DNA from: the human T2T-CHM13v2.0 reference genome, Homo sapiens
Assembly: GCF_009914755.1 (NCBI RefSeq)
Contig: NC_060925.1
Reading direction: 5' to 3' (one strand)
DNA length: 64,000 nucleotides
This document shows positions 35,171 through 47,599 of the stretch, piece after piece. Positions within the stretch are counted from its first letter, which is position 1, and each line of letters starts with the position of its first letter. Made by a program: the position numbers and the translations under genes. The notes under the pieces were generated by a model. The model ran no database searches and was not told the DNA's origin. It was given only the letters and a program-made list of their open reading frames with translations.

Positions 35171-35816
35171 TTTCCTCAAATTTCCTTAAACTATCTTTTT
35201 ACACTTCATATTTTAACATATGTTGAATTTTGTTTTTTTCTATTTATTGCTACTGTTGTTCTGTAATTTTGTACTATTCTCTAAGGATCCATTGAAAGGA
35301 TACACCATCCTGTTATTGTTTTCTAATATTTTAATTATTTTTTAATTCAAAAAATTCTACCAACACATAGTTGGGTTACAGAGGAGGAGGGAAGAAAGAA
35401 AGGAAGGATATCAAAGGTCAACTGTCAGTCTACATCTACTGCTGTCTGCTTCTCTCCCCCAACCCAGCTGTGGGACTACCGTGCTGCAAACCCCACAGGC
35501 TAGACTGATGACTCTTCTCTTTAATCCAGATAAGGAGGTCAGGAAAAGGCCATAACTCAGAGCTTCTACTCCAACCTTTCCTCTACCTAGACACCTAGAC
35601 TTCTGCCTAGGGCTGCAGTTCCCTCCCACATCAAAAAACAGCCATTCTGTCTCAACCCAGAGTCTCACGATCATGTCTTGAGTTTCTCAGAATCTATAGT
35701 CTTCTTTCCCTCCTGGCATCTGTCTGTGGCTGGGCTGATGTTATAAAGCCTTTGCCACTTACCCTAGGCATGAACTTGGACAATTGGGATCTCTCTGGAC
35801 ATCCAGGATCCTATAT

Positions 35817-36178
35817 TGTCTTAGTCTGTTTGGTGCTGCAACAACAGGTTACCTGAGACTGGGTAATTTATAAGGAATAGGAATGTATTTGGCTCACAGT
35901 TGTGGAGGCTGGGAAGTTCAAGATCAAGGGGCTCCATCTGGTGAGAAGCTTCTTGTTGCATCATCAATGTCAGAAGGCAGAAGGACAATTGAGCACATGC
36001 AAGAGAGAGCAAGAGATTGAACTCTCAACCTCAAGTTCTTTTATAATTAGCACTAATTTATTCATGGTGGAGCACTCATGCCCTAACACCTCCCATTAGA
36101 CCCCACCTCTCAACACTGTTACAGTGGGAATAAAGTTTCTAACACATGAACTTTGAGGGACACATTCAAACCATAGCA
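35817..36178 (-). mobile_element. MST-family MaLR solo LTR
   Basis: Ends tgtcttagtctg...caaaccatagca; TSD TATAT. Confidence 0.85.
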
Positions 36179-38119
36179 TATATTATCTAGAAGGTTAATG
36201 TAATGGTTAGTCAACAGGGTTATTTTGAGAATTCAATTTAATATATAATGTAGATCCATTAAAATAATACATATAAACCCACTGATATAGTAAATATCCA
36301 ATAAATATATTCCTCTTGTAACCCAACTCCCAGCTTGAGTGTCCTGTTATTTGGGATTCAAATAAAATATATGTGACCACCCATCCCATGTCTTATAGAG
36401 GTCCAGAGCCTTATCTATACATTTGCGAATTCCTAGGAGCTTATATTCCCATGGTCACCTCTCAATCTCTGTTCTTGACTCTCCATCACACTGAACTTTA
36501 CATTGCTCTCTTATATGTTACATACACACACATGCACACACACACATGCACACATGCAGACACACACACATGCACACACATACACACACTCTGCTGCTTC
36601 AGATCAGATCAAGGTCTGCCTTCCTTTATATCCCTAAAATATTACTGGCACCAGGCTGCTGAATATATAAAGTCTTACTAAAGGCTCTGCAGGTGGTGTG
36701 TGTGCATGTGTATGTCTTTGGACAGGATAAATGAACACTGAGATTAGATTAAAAGCCCTGTCATTTTGGCAGTATTGAATGTCTATTGGCTGACTCTCCA
36801 GTGACACTGGTCTCCAGCCACACAGCTAATTCTCTCTCTCCAGGTTCTTCCTTCCCCAAACCTCTCACTTATATAGTTTTCCAAACCAAACAATTCCCAA
36901 ACAAAAACTACCTCCTGGACTGGACAAGAAGAAGAAGGAATGGGATAAGGGCAGGAAGAGATGGAGAGGGGCCTTGAGTTTGGGAGAACACTGACTTTCA
37001 TGGCCAAAGGTAGACACAGGCACTGCACTGACCCCAGTGATGTAGGTCCTGAAAGCAACACCTTCAGTTCACCTTGAGGGGAGCTGAAGGGACTGGATGC
37101 TTCAGCATGGAGGAGCCCACGTAACACCTCCATAATGAAGCCTTTCCTGATTCCACCAGTGAGAGTGGCCTGTCTCTCCTTTGAACTGCTTTGCATCATT
37201 TGTTGTATATACAGCTTTTGTGAGATTAAACCTTGTGATGAGGATGCTTCATACTGAGTCTTTACAGACCAATGTGAATGTGACTCCCCATGGTATTGAT
37301 CACATCTGACTCCTGGACATGTCCCTAGGGCCTTGATCCTAGTAGAGGCTTGGTTGAGTGCATTAATTAATAAGTAGGAAGAACCTATCTGACAGGGTGC
37401 TGCCCTTGAAGCCATGGCATAAGTAATTCTCTGCCCCCAGTGAAGACAAGGAATTGTTAAATTTAAGTTAAGCAGGAGGGAGGCAGGTCAGATACAAGGA
37501 AGAACTTACAGACTCAGTAAACTGGTTACACTAACAGGCAATGGCAAACCAAACAAACACCACATCTTTGAAAGGAGAGAGGAGGTAGCTTCTGTGGTGC
37601 CTTCCCCTGGTCCAGCACTGATCTGAGAGATGAACAGAATGAGGACGGAGACCTCATCAAGCTCCCTGGGGCTGATCAGAGGCCTAGGGTAGTGGCTGTG
37701 GGGCAGGTTAGGGCTCAAATGAGGCCCTGATGCAGTTCATGGTCACAACTCTGCAGCTGGAGGAAGTGAGGGAGCCTGGATGGCACCCTGGCTGGGATTG
37801 TTTAGGGCATTGATCCCAAGAAAGAGAAACCATAGATCCAGCACTTTCTAGGTGCCAGACATGGCACACTAGATGCTTGGGACTTTATCGTATTTCACCA
37901 GAGCAGCAACATAGGGAGGGAAGCCTTACCAGCCCCAGTTTGCAGAAGAGCAAGCTGTGGCTTAAATTTGAAATTTGAACACAGTTTTACTATACTTGGC
38001 TACCTTTCTAGAATCAATGGGATAGAAGGGGTGGATTTCATTTAAAAAGGAAAGTTCTGTGGTTCTCTCATTTGTTCTTACTAAGAAAACACCCCTTTTT
38101 CCTATTTCAAATGCCCTAG

Positions 38120-38342
38120 GTGTCTGCACCTGCACAGCCAACATTTCTGGGTCACATGGTTCTGGAGTGAAGGATTCTGAAGCCCACGTTCTTCTAAAGG
38201 GAATCCAAAGAGGTTCTTTCTTGTTCCATGTGATCAAAAAGTCAGGAGTAGCTCTAGGAGCCAAGCTGGTGGAGGTTTTGTGTGGCGTTGGACCTTAGTC
38301 CGACTACACAGTTGTGCCGCAAGTCCCCAGGGGTGGCAACTC
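38120..38342 (+). pseudogene. SLAM-like copy B: 5' half of N-terminal (V-like) Ig exon
   Basis: Acceptor atgccctag, phase 1. Reads VCTCTANISGSHGSGVKDSEAHVLLKGIQRGSFLFHVIKK...EVLCGVGP*SDY with in-frame TAG at 38296-38298. Truncated by repeat-like sequence after ~38342. Family assignment from recall of mammalian SLAM-like proteins. Confidence 0.65.
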
Positions 38343-38689
38343 ATCATTTCTGCCACATTGAGCAGCTCTCCTTGGCAGCTTACCATCAAGCCGTGACTTG
38401 GCCCATGGGCTCCTTCCATTACCTGGCAATACCCCACGGGAGTCCTTTGCTTCAAGCCACTGGGACAAGGAAAGTCAGGCATCTCTTCATCGTCTCAGCC
38501 TGGATGTTAAGCAATTTAACATCTCTTAATCGTCTCAGCCTGGATGTTGATCAATTTTCATTGATCAAAACTCAATCACATAGTTCACCAGACTTTGGGA
38601 GAGTCTAGGGAAAATGTAATCTTCCTGTGTGGCCACAAAAATACAAAGGACATCATCTGATGGATGTTACCTCTATCCTCATAGATGTT

Positions 38690-40590
38690 TAAGTAAAAAC
38701 TATTGAATAATTGAATTAATTTACTTCTAAAACTGGGTCTGCTTTGATTTTGTTCTTCCTGGTGTAGACTTGTAACTTGTACATTTTTTAATAATAGCAC
38801 TTTGTGGTTTTTATTTCTTTTTGGGACTGTTTTAATAGGTTATACTTTTCTAGAAAATGATCCACTAAAGTCTTCAAATATAGTAGCCTAAGTTATTTCC
38901 AGTATTATCTTTGTTTTTGTAATCTCTGCTGCCTTTATTGCTGTGTTCTGTTTCTTATTTCTAAATTGTATTGTTTGTAGGCCTTCTCTTTCTTTTCTGT
39001 GGTCATTCTTGATAGGTTTTTTTCTATTGTTTTGTCTTCTTAAGAAGCCAGCATTTGGCTTTGTTGACCAGGTCTGCTGTATCTTTATTTCAGTTGCATT
39101 CATTTTTCCTTTTATTCTTATATTCAATTTCTTTTATATTCTCCCAGTTTTTTTCTTTCTAATCTTATGAAGTGGACAAGTTGCTCAGTAATTTGTAGCC
39201 CTTTTTGTTTTCTAAGTTTAAAAAAATTTTCTAAATACTATTTCAACTATATCCCATAAATTTATACATATACTATTATTATTATTTAGAAAATTGTTTT
39301 GTAACTTCCAAAAATGATGACTTATATCATAATTTTCTATTGATTTCTGTACAGCTGGCATTGAAGTTGGAAAAGAATAATACTAGCTCTTCAATATTTA
39401 TTGAAAGTTGATTTTGCCTCAGTATATTGCCAAATTTTATGAATCTTCCACGTGAACTTGAAAATAATATGCATTATCTCATTATTGGGTATTAAGTTTG
39501 GTATTTATCTATTAAATCAAATCAGTCAATTGTGTTGTTCAAATCTTCTCTCTTCTTCCTAATTTTTGTCTGTATGCTTTTTCAATTACTAACAGACTTG
39601 TGTTAAGATTGCCTACTGTGAAAATAGATTTGTCGTTTTCTTCTTGCAATTCTGTGAGTTTTGCATTATATATTATGAAAGTGTGTCATTGAAAGCATTT
39701 TTACACATTGCTGGTATATTTAGAATTGTTGTATGATTCCCTTTCCCCCTAATAATGTTTCTGTAAACTCTGGATTTCCATATTTAAATAGCTGGATTGT
39801 GGATGGCTGGATTGAGTTTTCTCTCTAATCTGTTCATCTCAGTTGTCTAATTAGTGAGATGTTTTTCCATTTGAGGTATTGTGATTGCTGATGCATATGG
39901 CATTATTTCTCTCATCTTATTATATCTTTCTATTTTTCTGTTTTCTCTATGTGTCTTTTCTACTTTCCTTTATGTAGTTAAGTTTAAAATTTTACTTTAG
40001 TTACTCCTCTGCTTTTGTAGAAGTTATACACTGCATTTCTCTTCATTTAGGATTTGACTTAATATATTAACACATATACCTAATTCAAATTCTAAATCAG
40101 TATCTCCACCCACTTCCAGAAATTGAAAAGGAACTAACAGCACTTTCACTCTTCTCATTTTCTTCTTATCCTAAATATTATCATTACCCAATATCTCTCT
40201 TCTATTTTTCACTGCAACAATTATAAACTTTTATTATTTTTATGCAACCAGTGGTCAAGTATCCTTTCTGTTTACCACTTTCTATTCTCAGCAATCCTTT
40301 TGTTTTCAACCTTTTCTTCCAGACCATTTTTCTTCTTCACAAAGTAGTCCTTTAGTGATTGTCTGTTGGTGATAAATGTTCTCAGTTTTAATTTGACTGG
40401 AAATGCCTTTGTTTTGCCCTCATTTTTGAAGATAGTTTACTCAGGTATACAATTTAAAGCTGGCCATTATTTTCTACAAACCACTGAAGATATCATACAA
40501 TATACATTACTGCTGGGCTATCATTTTCTCAACATTGCTTTGCAGATGGTCTGTCTTTTCTACCTCTAGCTTTTACACAATTTTATCTTT
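38690..40590 (-). mobile_element. Old L1M/HAL1-type fragment
   Basis: T-rich antisense LINE text; minus-strand peptide fragments resemble L1 ORF2. Confidence 0.55.
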
Positions 40591-41751
40591 GTCTATGGTG
40601 TGTGCCTAAGCTGTAATACATTTAGCTTAGGTGGAGAACTGCCCCAAAGCCAGCGTCGAATGAGGATCTGAGAAAGACCAATGAATATATTAGGAGGAGA
40701 TAAAGAACACAGTCGATGCTTCCAAGAAAACAATGTGTATAAGAAAAGATTAAAGACCCTTAGGAAAACCAGGCAGCCCATGTCTAGGGTAGGTGTCTGG
40801 GGCTAATGAAGCCTCCTGCTTCCACCACTGGGGCTGGAGCACCTCCCACCTCTGTGGTTCCTGGAGGCGCCTGATTCCACTGTGCCTAGGCTGTGCTTGT
40901 GCTTGTAGAGAAGCTGCAGAAAGGCAGATGAGGAACTGGGATGAAACTCTGATGGGAAGGTTTCTGTCTTCTGGCCTGGGAAATCAGCTAAGGGGGCTGA
41001 CAGCTGCACTGTACTGTGCATGGTGTGGGTGTGAATTCTTATCACATGCTGGAACCCTGAGCCCAGGCATCATTCCATGTAGGGTCGTTTAACATGGGCC
41101 TCTAACGTATGCTTCTGATACCCCCTGGAGCCACCAGAACTTCAAATTCCATTCATCTCTTTAGCACAAAATTCTCCCTTGGAACTCTCCATAACTGGAG
41201 TTTTGTTGAAACTAAATTATACAAAACATTTTTATTATATTTTTATTGAGCATATTCTATCATCAGATCATTAGGAGGGGCTTCCTGAGTCAGCTGAAGT
41301 GCCTTCTTGTCTGGGAGTTTCCAAAATGTCCTTATTATTCTTATATTTTCTGTTGCCCAAAAACCTCCAACACTTTTGGGCCAGGCAGCTACTGCTTCAG
41401 GTGGAGGCCACAGAGAATGCAGAACTCAGTGTTCATCTTTGACTTTCAAAATGAGCAAGAGAAGTATTTTATTAATTATAGATAATATCAATGTGGGGGA
41501 ACTCCCTTCCCCAGTCCATGGGGATGGGAAAGGAGAGAGGAGCAGAAAAGAGGATGGAGTTGAGGAGTCGGGAAGAGCCTTCCCTGGCTCATCCCGTTGT
41601 CGTCATCAAGCAGTTCGTCCTCTGGATTCGACAGTGATTAGCGTGATTCTTTCTCCCATGGGGCATTTTCATAGGTTCTTTAGATACTTCTCCTCCCTCG
41701 TGCTGGGAATCTGCCATCTATTCCTTTACAGGTAATATACTCAAGGGGTGA

Positions 41752-42100
<349 letters not shown>

Positions 42101-42888
42101 CATAGCTAGTCCGTTTCTACACAATCTCTCTACTGGGGTTCTATTACTCCTCCTTTTGGCTCTCAACACAGTTCTGTTAAGTACTTGCATCTGGACGATG
42201 AAAAATATGTTCATCAATGGCACTGCAATTTCTTCCCTAGTGGCAGCCAATACTCTGGTACCATAGGCTATTTCGGCAGCATCTCCCCCCTTGGCTATCT
42301 CAGGTATGGATCAGACACCGTTCAGTGCATCCCCAATCCGCATGGGACATATCAAGCTGTCTGAATGGTATCATTTGAACTTTGCTCACTAGGATCGAAG
42401 GGAGGGGTGGGTACCCATGAGGTGGGAAGGGGACTTGCAGCATAACTCTCTCCACCTTCCACCGTATCTCCAAATTCTAATCTCTTTATGTCATTGGTAT
42501 AGGTGACAGCTTATGGGCCTTAAAACCAGTTTTCAGAAACTCCTTTGTAAATTCTGTATGTGGCAGGTATTTTCCCTAGAGGTTTGAATTTACCTTCCAA
42601 GTGCTATGAGAGTTGTGAAGGATCAGATGACGTGTGTGCAGAACAAGAGAAGGGAGTATGGGTGGTGGAGGAAGCTGAGAGACTTTGGTTGCCGTCTCTT
42701 CTCTAAATCTGGGGCTCTGTGGCACTTTCTCAGTGTATCACTTTGGGTAAACTGTTTCACTTCCCCAAGCCTGTTTCTCTGGCTGCAAAGTGCCCTGCCT
42801 GCCCAGTAGGTGCTCTGAAAGTATTGAGATAATGGATGAGGAGTGTGCTCTACAAGTGCATTAATTCTTCTGTCCCATTCTACCCCAG

Positions 42889-43206
42889 AGCCTGTGCCCC
42901 TTTTCCAGGTCCCAACCAGGTCACCGTCCATCACACCAGACTGCTGAAAATTTACCCAAGAGGGCAGGGCTCCAAGAGCCACAGAGGACCTAAATGTGAC
43001 CTGAGAGAGAGCAAAGGCCTCCCCAGAGAGCTGGACCAGACAGGGATGCCAGGACCAGCCTACAACCCCGGGACCCTGGCTGTGAGCCTGCCACTGAGCC
43101 AGTGCAATGCCAGCCTGACCTGTGTGATCAGCAACCACGAGGAACAGAAAACTGCCACCTCAGACCTTGGGGGAAATGTGTTTAACTCAAAAAATTGTCC
43201 AGCAAG
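42889..43206 (+). pseudogene. SLAM-like copy B: degenerate IgC2 exon
   Basis: Acceptor taccccag. Reads EPVPLFQVPTRSPSITPDC*...ATEDLNVT* then, after a +2 frameshift, SKGLPRELDQTGMPGPAYNPGTLAVSLPLSQCNASLTCVISNHEEQKTATSDLG. No GT donor at the position equivalent to copy A. Confidence 0.85.
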
Positions 43207-43860
43207 GGCAGGTTCTAGTTCTGGAGGCACCCCTTTCCCAGAAGATTGAGGGTAGGGTGAGGTGTTGCTCACCATGTTCAGGAAATGTAATATCCAACCT
43301 TCCTAGCTCCTGGGACTATGCCATCTGGGAAGACACAGAGATAGTAAAAGTTGGCATGTGCCCTAGGAAACTATGGAGGGGGATTGGGAGGGAGAAATCG
43401 GGGCATTTAAGACAGGAAAAGATTGCCAGGACTGGTGAATCCCTCTTGAAGTGACTTTGAGTGGACGTAGAATCCTATTTGTAATGAGTAGCCTCAAAAG
43501 GGAAGCCAGTATCAGCAGAGAAAGGTAGAGGGCTGAGCACTTTACTCATGACATTAGAGGACAGCTTTCTAGAGTCCTACAAACATGAAATGAAAGTTTT
43601 GGGACACAGAGATGGTCACTTGGTGCAGGTGTTATAAGTGCGGGAGTCATCAAGACTCCATGGATAATTTCCTTCTGACAACACATTCGTAGAGTCTAGA
43701 AAACTCTCTTTGGCAAAATCACATAGGCTTATTCCCAGTCCCAAACCCTCAGGTGAGCAGAGTGCCTGGCACTGAGCCAACCCCCTGCAGGGAGTGTGGC
43801 AGCCCCAGGACCCAGGCACCCAGCAGCCTCTCTCTCTCTGCTCCCTGTCTGACCCAACAG

Positions 43861-43987
43861 GGACTGGAACTCCACTCTTATTCCCATTACTGTGAATGAT
43901 GCAGGCCAAAGACCTTCTGCTCCTTGGGGTCCTAGGGAAGCTGGGAGTTGAGCTCACCTGGAAAAAGTTTCCAGCGGAAGAAGGGAA
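43861..43987 (+). pseudogene. Candidate degenerate TM exon of copy B
   Basis: Pyrimidine tract plus cag at 43858-43860 and gtgag donor at 43988. Reads GTGTPLLFPLL*MMQAKDLLLLGVLGKLGVELTWKK, at the expected position after the C2 exon. Confidence 0.45.
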
Positions 43988-44968
43988 GTGAGAGCTGCTC
44001 ACGCAGCCTTGACCACTGAATAAGACTTTACTTTCTATTCTTTATGCTCTATCAAGTTTCCTAAATCACAAATGAAAGCTTTCTATCTTCTGCCAAGTTT
44101 TAAAACATATTTGTTACCACAAAAACTCTCTATTCATTAATAGTTTGAAGGAATCCACTGGCAATAAAACTTGGCCCTTAAGCCATTGAAGGGAAAATAT
44201 ATCAGTTTCACAAGGTTGTCTGGATGTTTTTTGAGGTTTGTAAACACATGCAAATCAATTTTGTAATGTAGGATTTTCCAGAAATTATCATTTCATGATT
44301 GTTTTAAACTTGAATAGACATTAACTATGTATTACATCCTCTTAGAGACTTGTTGGTGTTGTTTTGCTTTCCTAAATATGAGAGGATCTTGCTGAAAGGC
44401 TCAATGATCAATTAGGTGAAGATTTCAATCTTGAGAGCTACAGAATTCCATTCACCAGTCCAGTTTTTCTTATTGAGTCTGTTTACCAGTGCAGTTTGGT
44501 GGTTCAGCTGGTGCTATGTGGTATATTAAGAGATGTCCACTTCCTCCACACCCTCTGCTAGAACTTGGAAATGAGGAAGATAATAGTGGATTGGGGTTTC
44601 TGGTGTTGTTATTGATGGTGCTGTTTGTGAATCAAATAAAATGCCACATACCTGAAACATAGGAGAGGTACAGAGATTCTAGCTCACTCAGCTGGGTGAG
44701 CTGACTTAATCTCACGATGAACACGATCAAAGAAAAAATATGTCATCCGAAGGAGGGTTAATAAGTAATAGAACATAGAAAGGTGAGTGACAAAGATAAA
44801 TGAAGTGGTCTGTTAGGCTGGCAGGAGAAACAGTGCCCTGATCAGGTAAATCCTACCATGAAAATAGAGGGCTCAGACTCCAGAAGGCCAGTGAATTCCA
44901 TACCAGCAGCATCTACTTACCTTCCCTGACTCCTGGATCTCCAAGCAGCCCACTGATGTCTTGGCTTC

Positions 44969-45358
44969 TGATGGTGCCTCCTCCAAAATTTGTGTTGAAA
45001 CTTCATCCCCAGGGCAACAGTATTGAGAGGTGTGGTCTTTGGGAGGTGATTAAGTTATGTGGACTCTGCCTTGATGCATGGGATTAGTACCTTTATAAAA
45101 GGGCTCCAGGTTGAAGGGAGTACTCTCTTGCCCTTCTATCCCTACTCCCACATGAAGACACAGCATCCCTCTCTCTGTAGGATGAAGCCATGAGGGCCCA
45201 TCTGGGAAGCAGAGAGCAGCCTCACCAGACCCCAATCTTGCCAGTGCCTTGTGATCTTGGACTTCCCAGCCTCCAGAACTATGACAAATGAATGTCTGCT
45301 ATTTATAAATTACTCAGTCTCAGATATTTTGTTATAGCAGCACAAATGGACTAAGACA
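44969..45358 (+). mobile_element. MSTD/MLT1A-like solo LTR
   Basis: Ends ggactaagaca; TSD GCTTC. Confidence 0.85.
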
Positions 45359-46179
45359 GCTTCCTGTGTGGCCTTTCTTTGGGAACAGGATGCACTGGTC
45401 AGGCTAACAGGAATATCCAGTCCAGTTGAAAAGCATACTTCTTACTGTAAATTAATAAACAAGCATTCTAGTTTTGTCTATCCATGTCTCATGGCATTTG
45501 TTAGCAAAATTTTGCATCCCCAAGGAAAGCCAGAGCTGGGCAATGGATGAGATAAAGTTTCTGGGCTCAGTTTTAGAGTCTGAGGGCCAGACTCTGAACC
45601 TTGGTTAACACATCAAAGTAATGATAACCTGAGGGGTCTCATGATTCATTCCTTCACTCAACCAACATTTACTGGGCTGTGTTCTGAGGATTATTATCTT
45701 AAAAGGCAAACTCTCAGCCTCTGCTTACCACGTATGTTCCAGCTTAAATTTTATGAAGCCTCCATATAGATCAGATTTCAGTGCTCAACCCTGACCATGC
45801 CCACATAGACATGCACACATGCTGTTCCATACCACAATTAACATTTCACTGATGTCTTCCCATTTAAATATATAAAAATATAGTCATGTGTCACTCAGTG
45901 ACATGAATATGTTCTCAGAAATGTGCCATTAAGTAATTTCATCGTCGTGCGAGCATCATAGAGTGTTTTTACCCAAACCTAGATGGTACAGCCTACTATC
46001 CACCCAGGCTGTATGGTATAGCCTATTGCACCTGGGCTACAAACTTGTACAGCATGTTACTGTACTGAATGCTATATGCAATTGTAACACAATGGCAAGA
46101 ATTTTGTATCTAAAAATATCTAAATGTGGAAAAGGTACAGTAAAAACATGGTATAAAAGATGAAATATGGTACACCTGT

Positions 46180-46674
46180 TGTAAGGGCAGCTGAGAGAAA
46201 GGAAGAATAGAGCCAAAGTCAGGCGAGTAAGTTTACTGAACCTGCCAGGCTGTTCCACCACACTCAGAGGAGGCAGTGCCAAGCTTACAGAATGAGGGGT
46301 TTATATTGGGGAGGGGGTTTGAGGGAGCTTTTTGGTATGGCCGCATGCATTTTTTGGTATGGCTGGTTAATTTTGCCACATATCACCTGGTGACATTTAT
46401 GATAGCAGAAACTTACAGGAGGGTAAAGTTTGTTTATGCTTCCCATGACCTCCCGCTGTGTGGTCCGTATGGTTTGTAATTGAGGTTTGCTTATAGTAGC
46501 AGGGCCTGTAAAGTGAAGTTTGCTGGCTTCACTGGGGCGCCTAGATAAGGGCTTAGAAATGTAAAGAGCTTGGGGGAAAGAGGGGGGTGGCACGGAAAGG
46601 AGTTGCAGAGTGGGGATGGGCGGGCAGCACGGAGAGGTTTCAAGAAGCTTTTTTGGGGCAGTTTGTCCCTAACA
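46180..46674 (-). repeat. 3' LTR of provirus
   Basis: Direct repeat of 52289-52791, preceded by the PPT. Confidence 0.9.
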
Positions 46675-46746
46675 TTCCAGCCTTTTAATAGGTAATAGAA
46701 GAGGGATGCCATTGTCTGGCTACTTCCTGCTGGGAAGGGGCGACGG

Positions 46747-46997
46747 TTATGGGGGAAGGCTGGATGGTAGGGACTGCTGTTCTTGGAGCCATTGGTATTC
46801 CTGGAACAGCATCATATTTTGTACTGTCCCATGGGTGAGGGCTCTGATACGGTCCTGTAAAACTGGGGTAGAAGGCGTAAGAGACAAGGGCTGAATGCTA
46901 GAAAAAGAAGAATGGTTATGGCCAGGTCTAGGAGGGGCGTTAGCCATGGAAACCAGGCACTAAAGGACCAGGAGGGCCACACTGGCCATCGGGAGAC

Positions 46998-47055
<58 letters not shown>

Positions 47056-47300
47056 CGCGCGCGCGCGCGCGCGCTTGGTCCTTTTTTTTTTTTTTTTTTT
47101 TTACAGCATTTTGTATTAAGCTAGATGGGTTAAGATAAAAGTAACATTGTTTATTTAGAAAAGGGCAGAGTTCTCCATTTTTGGCTGTGAGGGGAGGTAA
47201 ATATCAGTTGAGGTACCGCATAGGAAAAGTATGCCTTGGCTTGGTAGACACAACTGGTTGTGTATGCTAAAAAGATGTATTATTTTGTTATTTTTATGTA
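46747..47300 (-). pseudogene. env: Proviral env (TM) remnant
   Basis: LFLNKQCYFYLNPSSLIQNAVKK, a membrane-proximal hydrophobic stretch, and LQDRIRALT...EYQWL. Confidence 0.7.
47001..47102. repeat. Compound microsatellite (GT)23(GC)14 plus T21
   Basis: Counted directly from the sequence. Confidence 0.95.
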
Positions 47301-47599
47301 TTCATAGGTATGTGGGTGAAATCTATTTGCCAGTTCTTTCTTGGGAGTGTTCCTCTTAGCTGGTGTGTAGGAATAGATGGGGAGTGGAGGGCTCCTTGAG
47401 AGGAGGTGACAGAGCATATATGACAGTTTGAAGTTATGTTTTTTAATGAGGTGAATAGGTGAGGGGATAAGAAATATGGGTGGAGGAGGAGATACAGGGG
47501 ACGTGCACCAATACGGAAAGATTGGTGGAGATGTTAGGATTTTGTTCTTTTGGCCCTGGGGAAGGACTGGCTTCTGGTCCTTAATTATCCAGTCCCCCT

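Noticed and set aside
36783-37415. 210-aa minus-strand ORF
   Set aside because: No recognisable domain, and it overlaps an L2-like 3' remnant; most likely a chance ORF.
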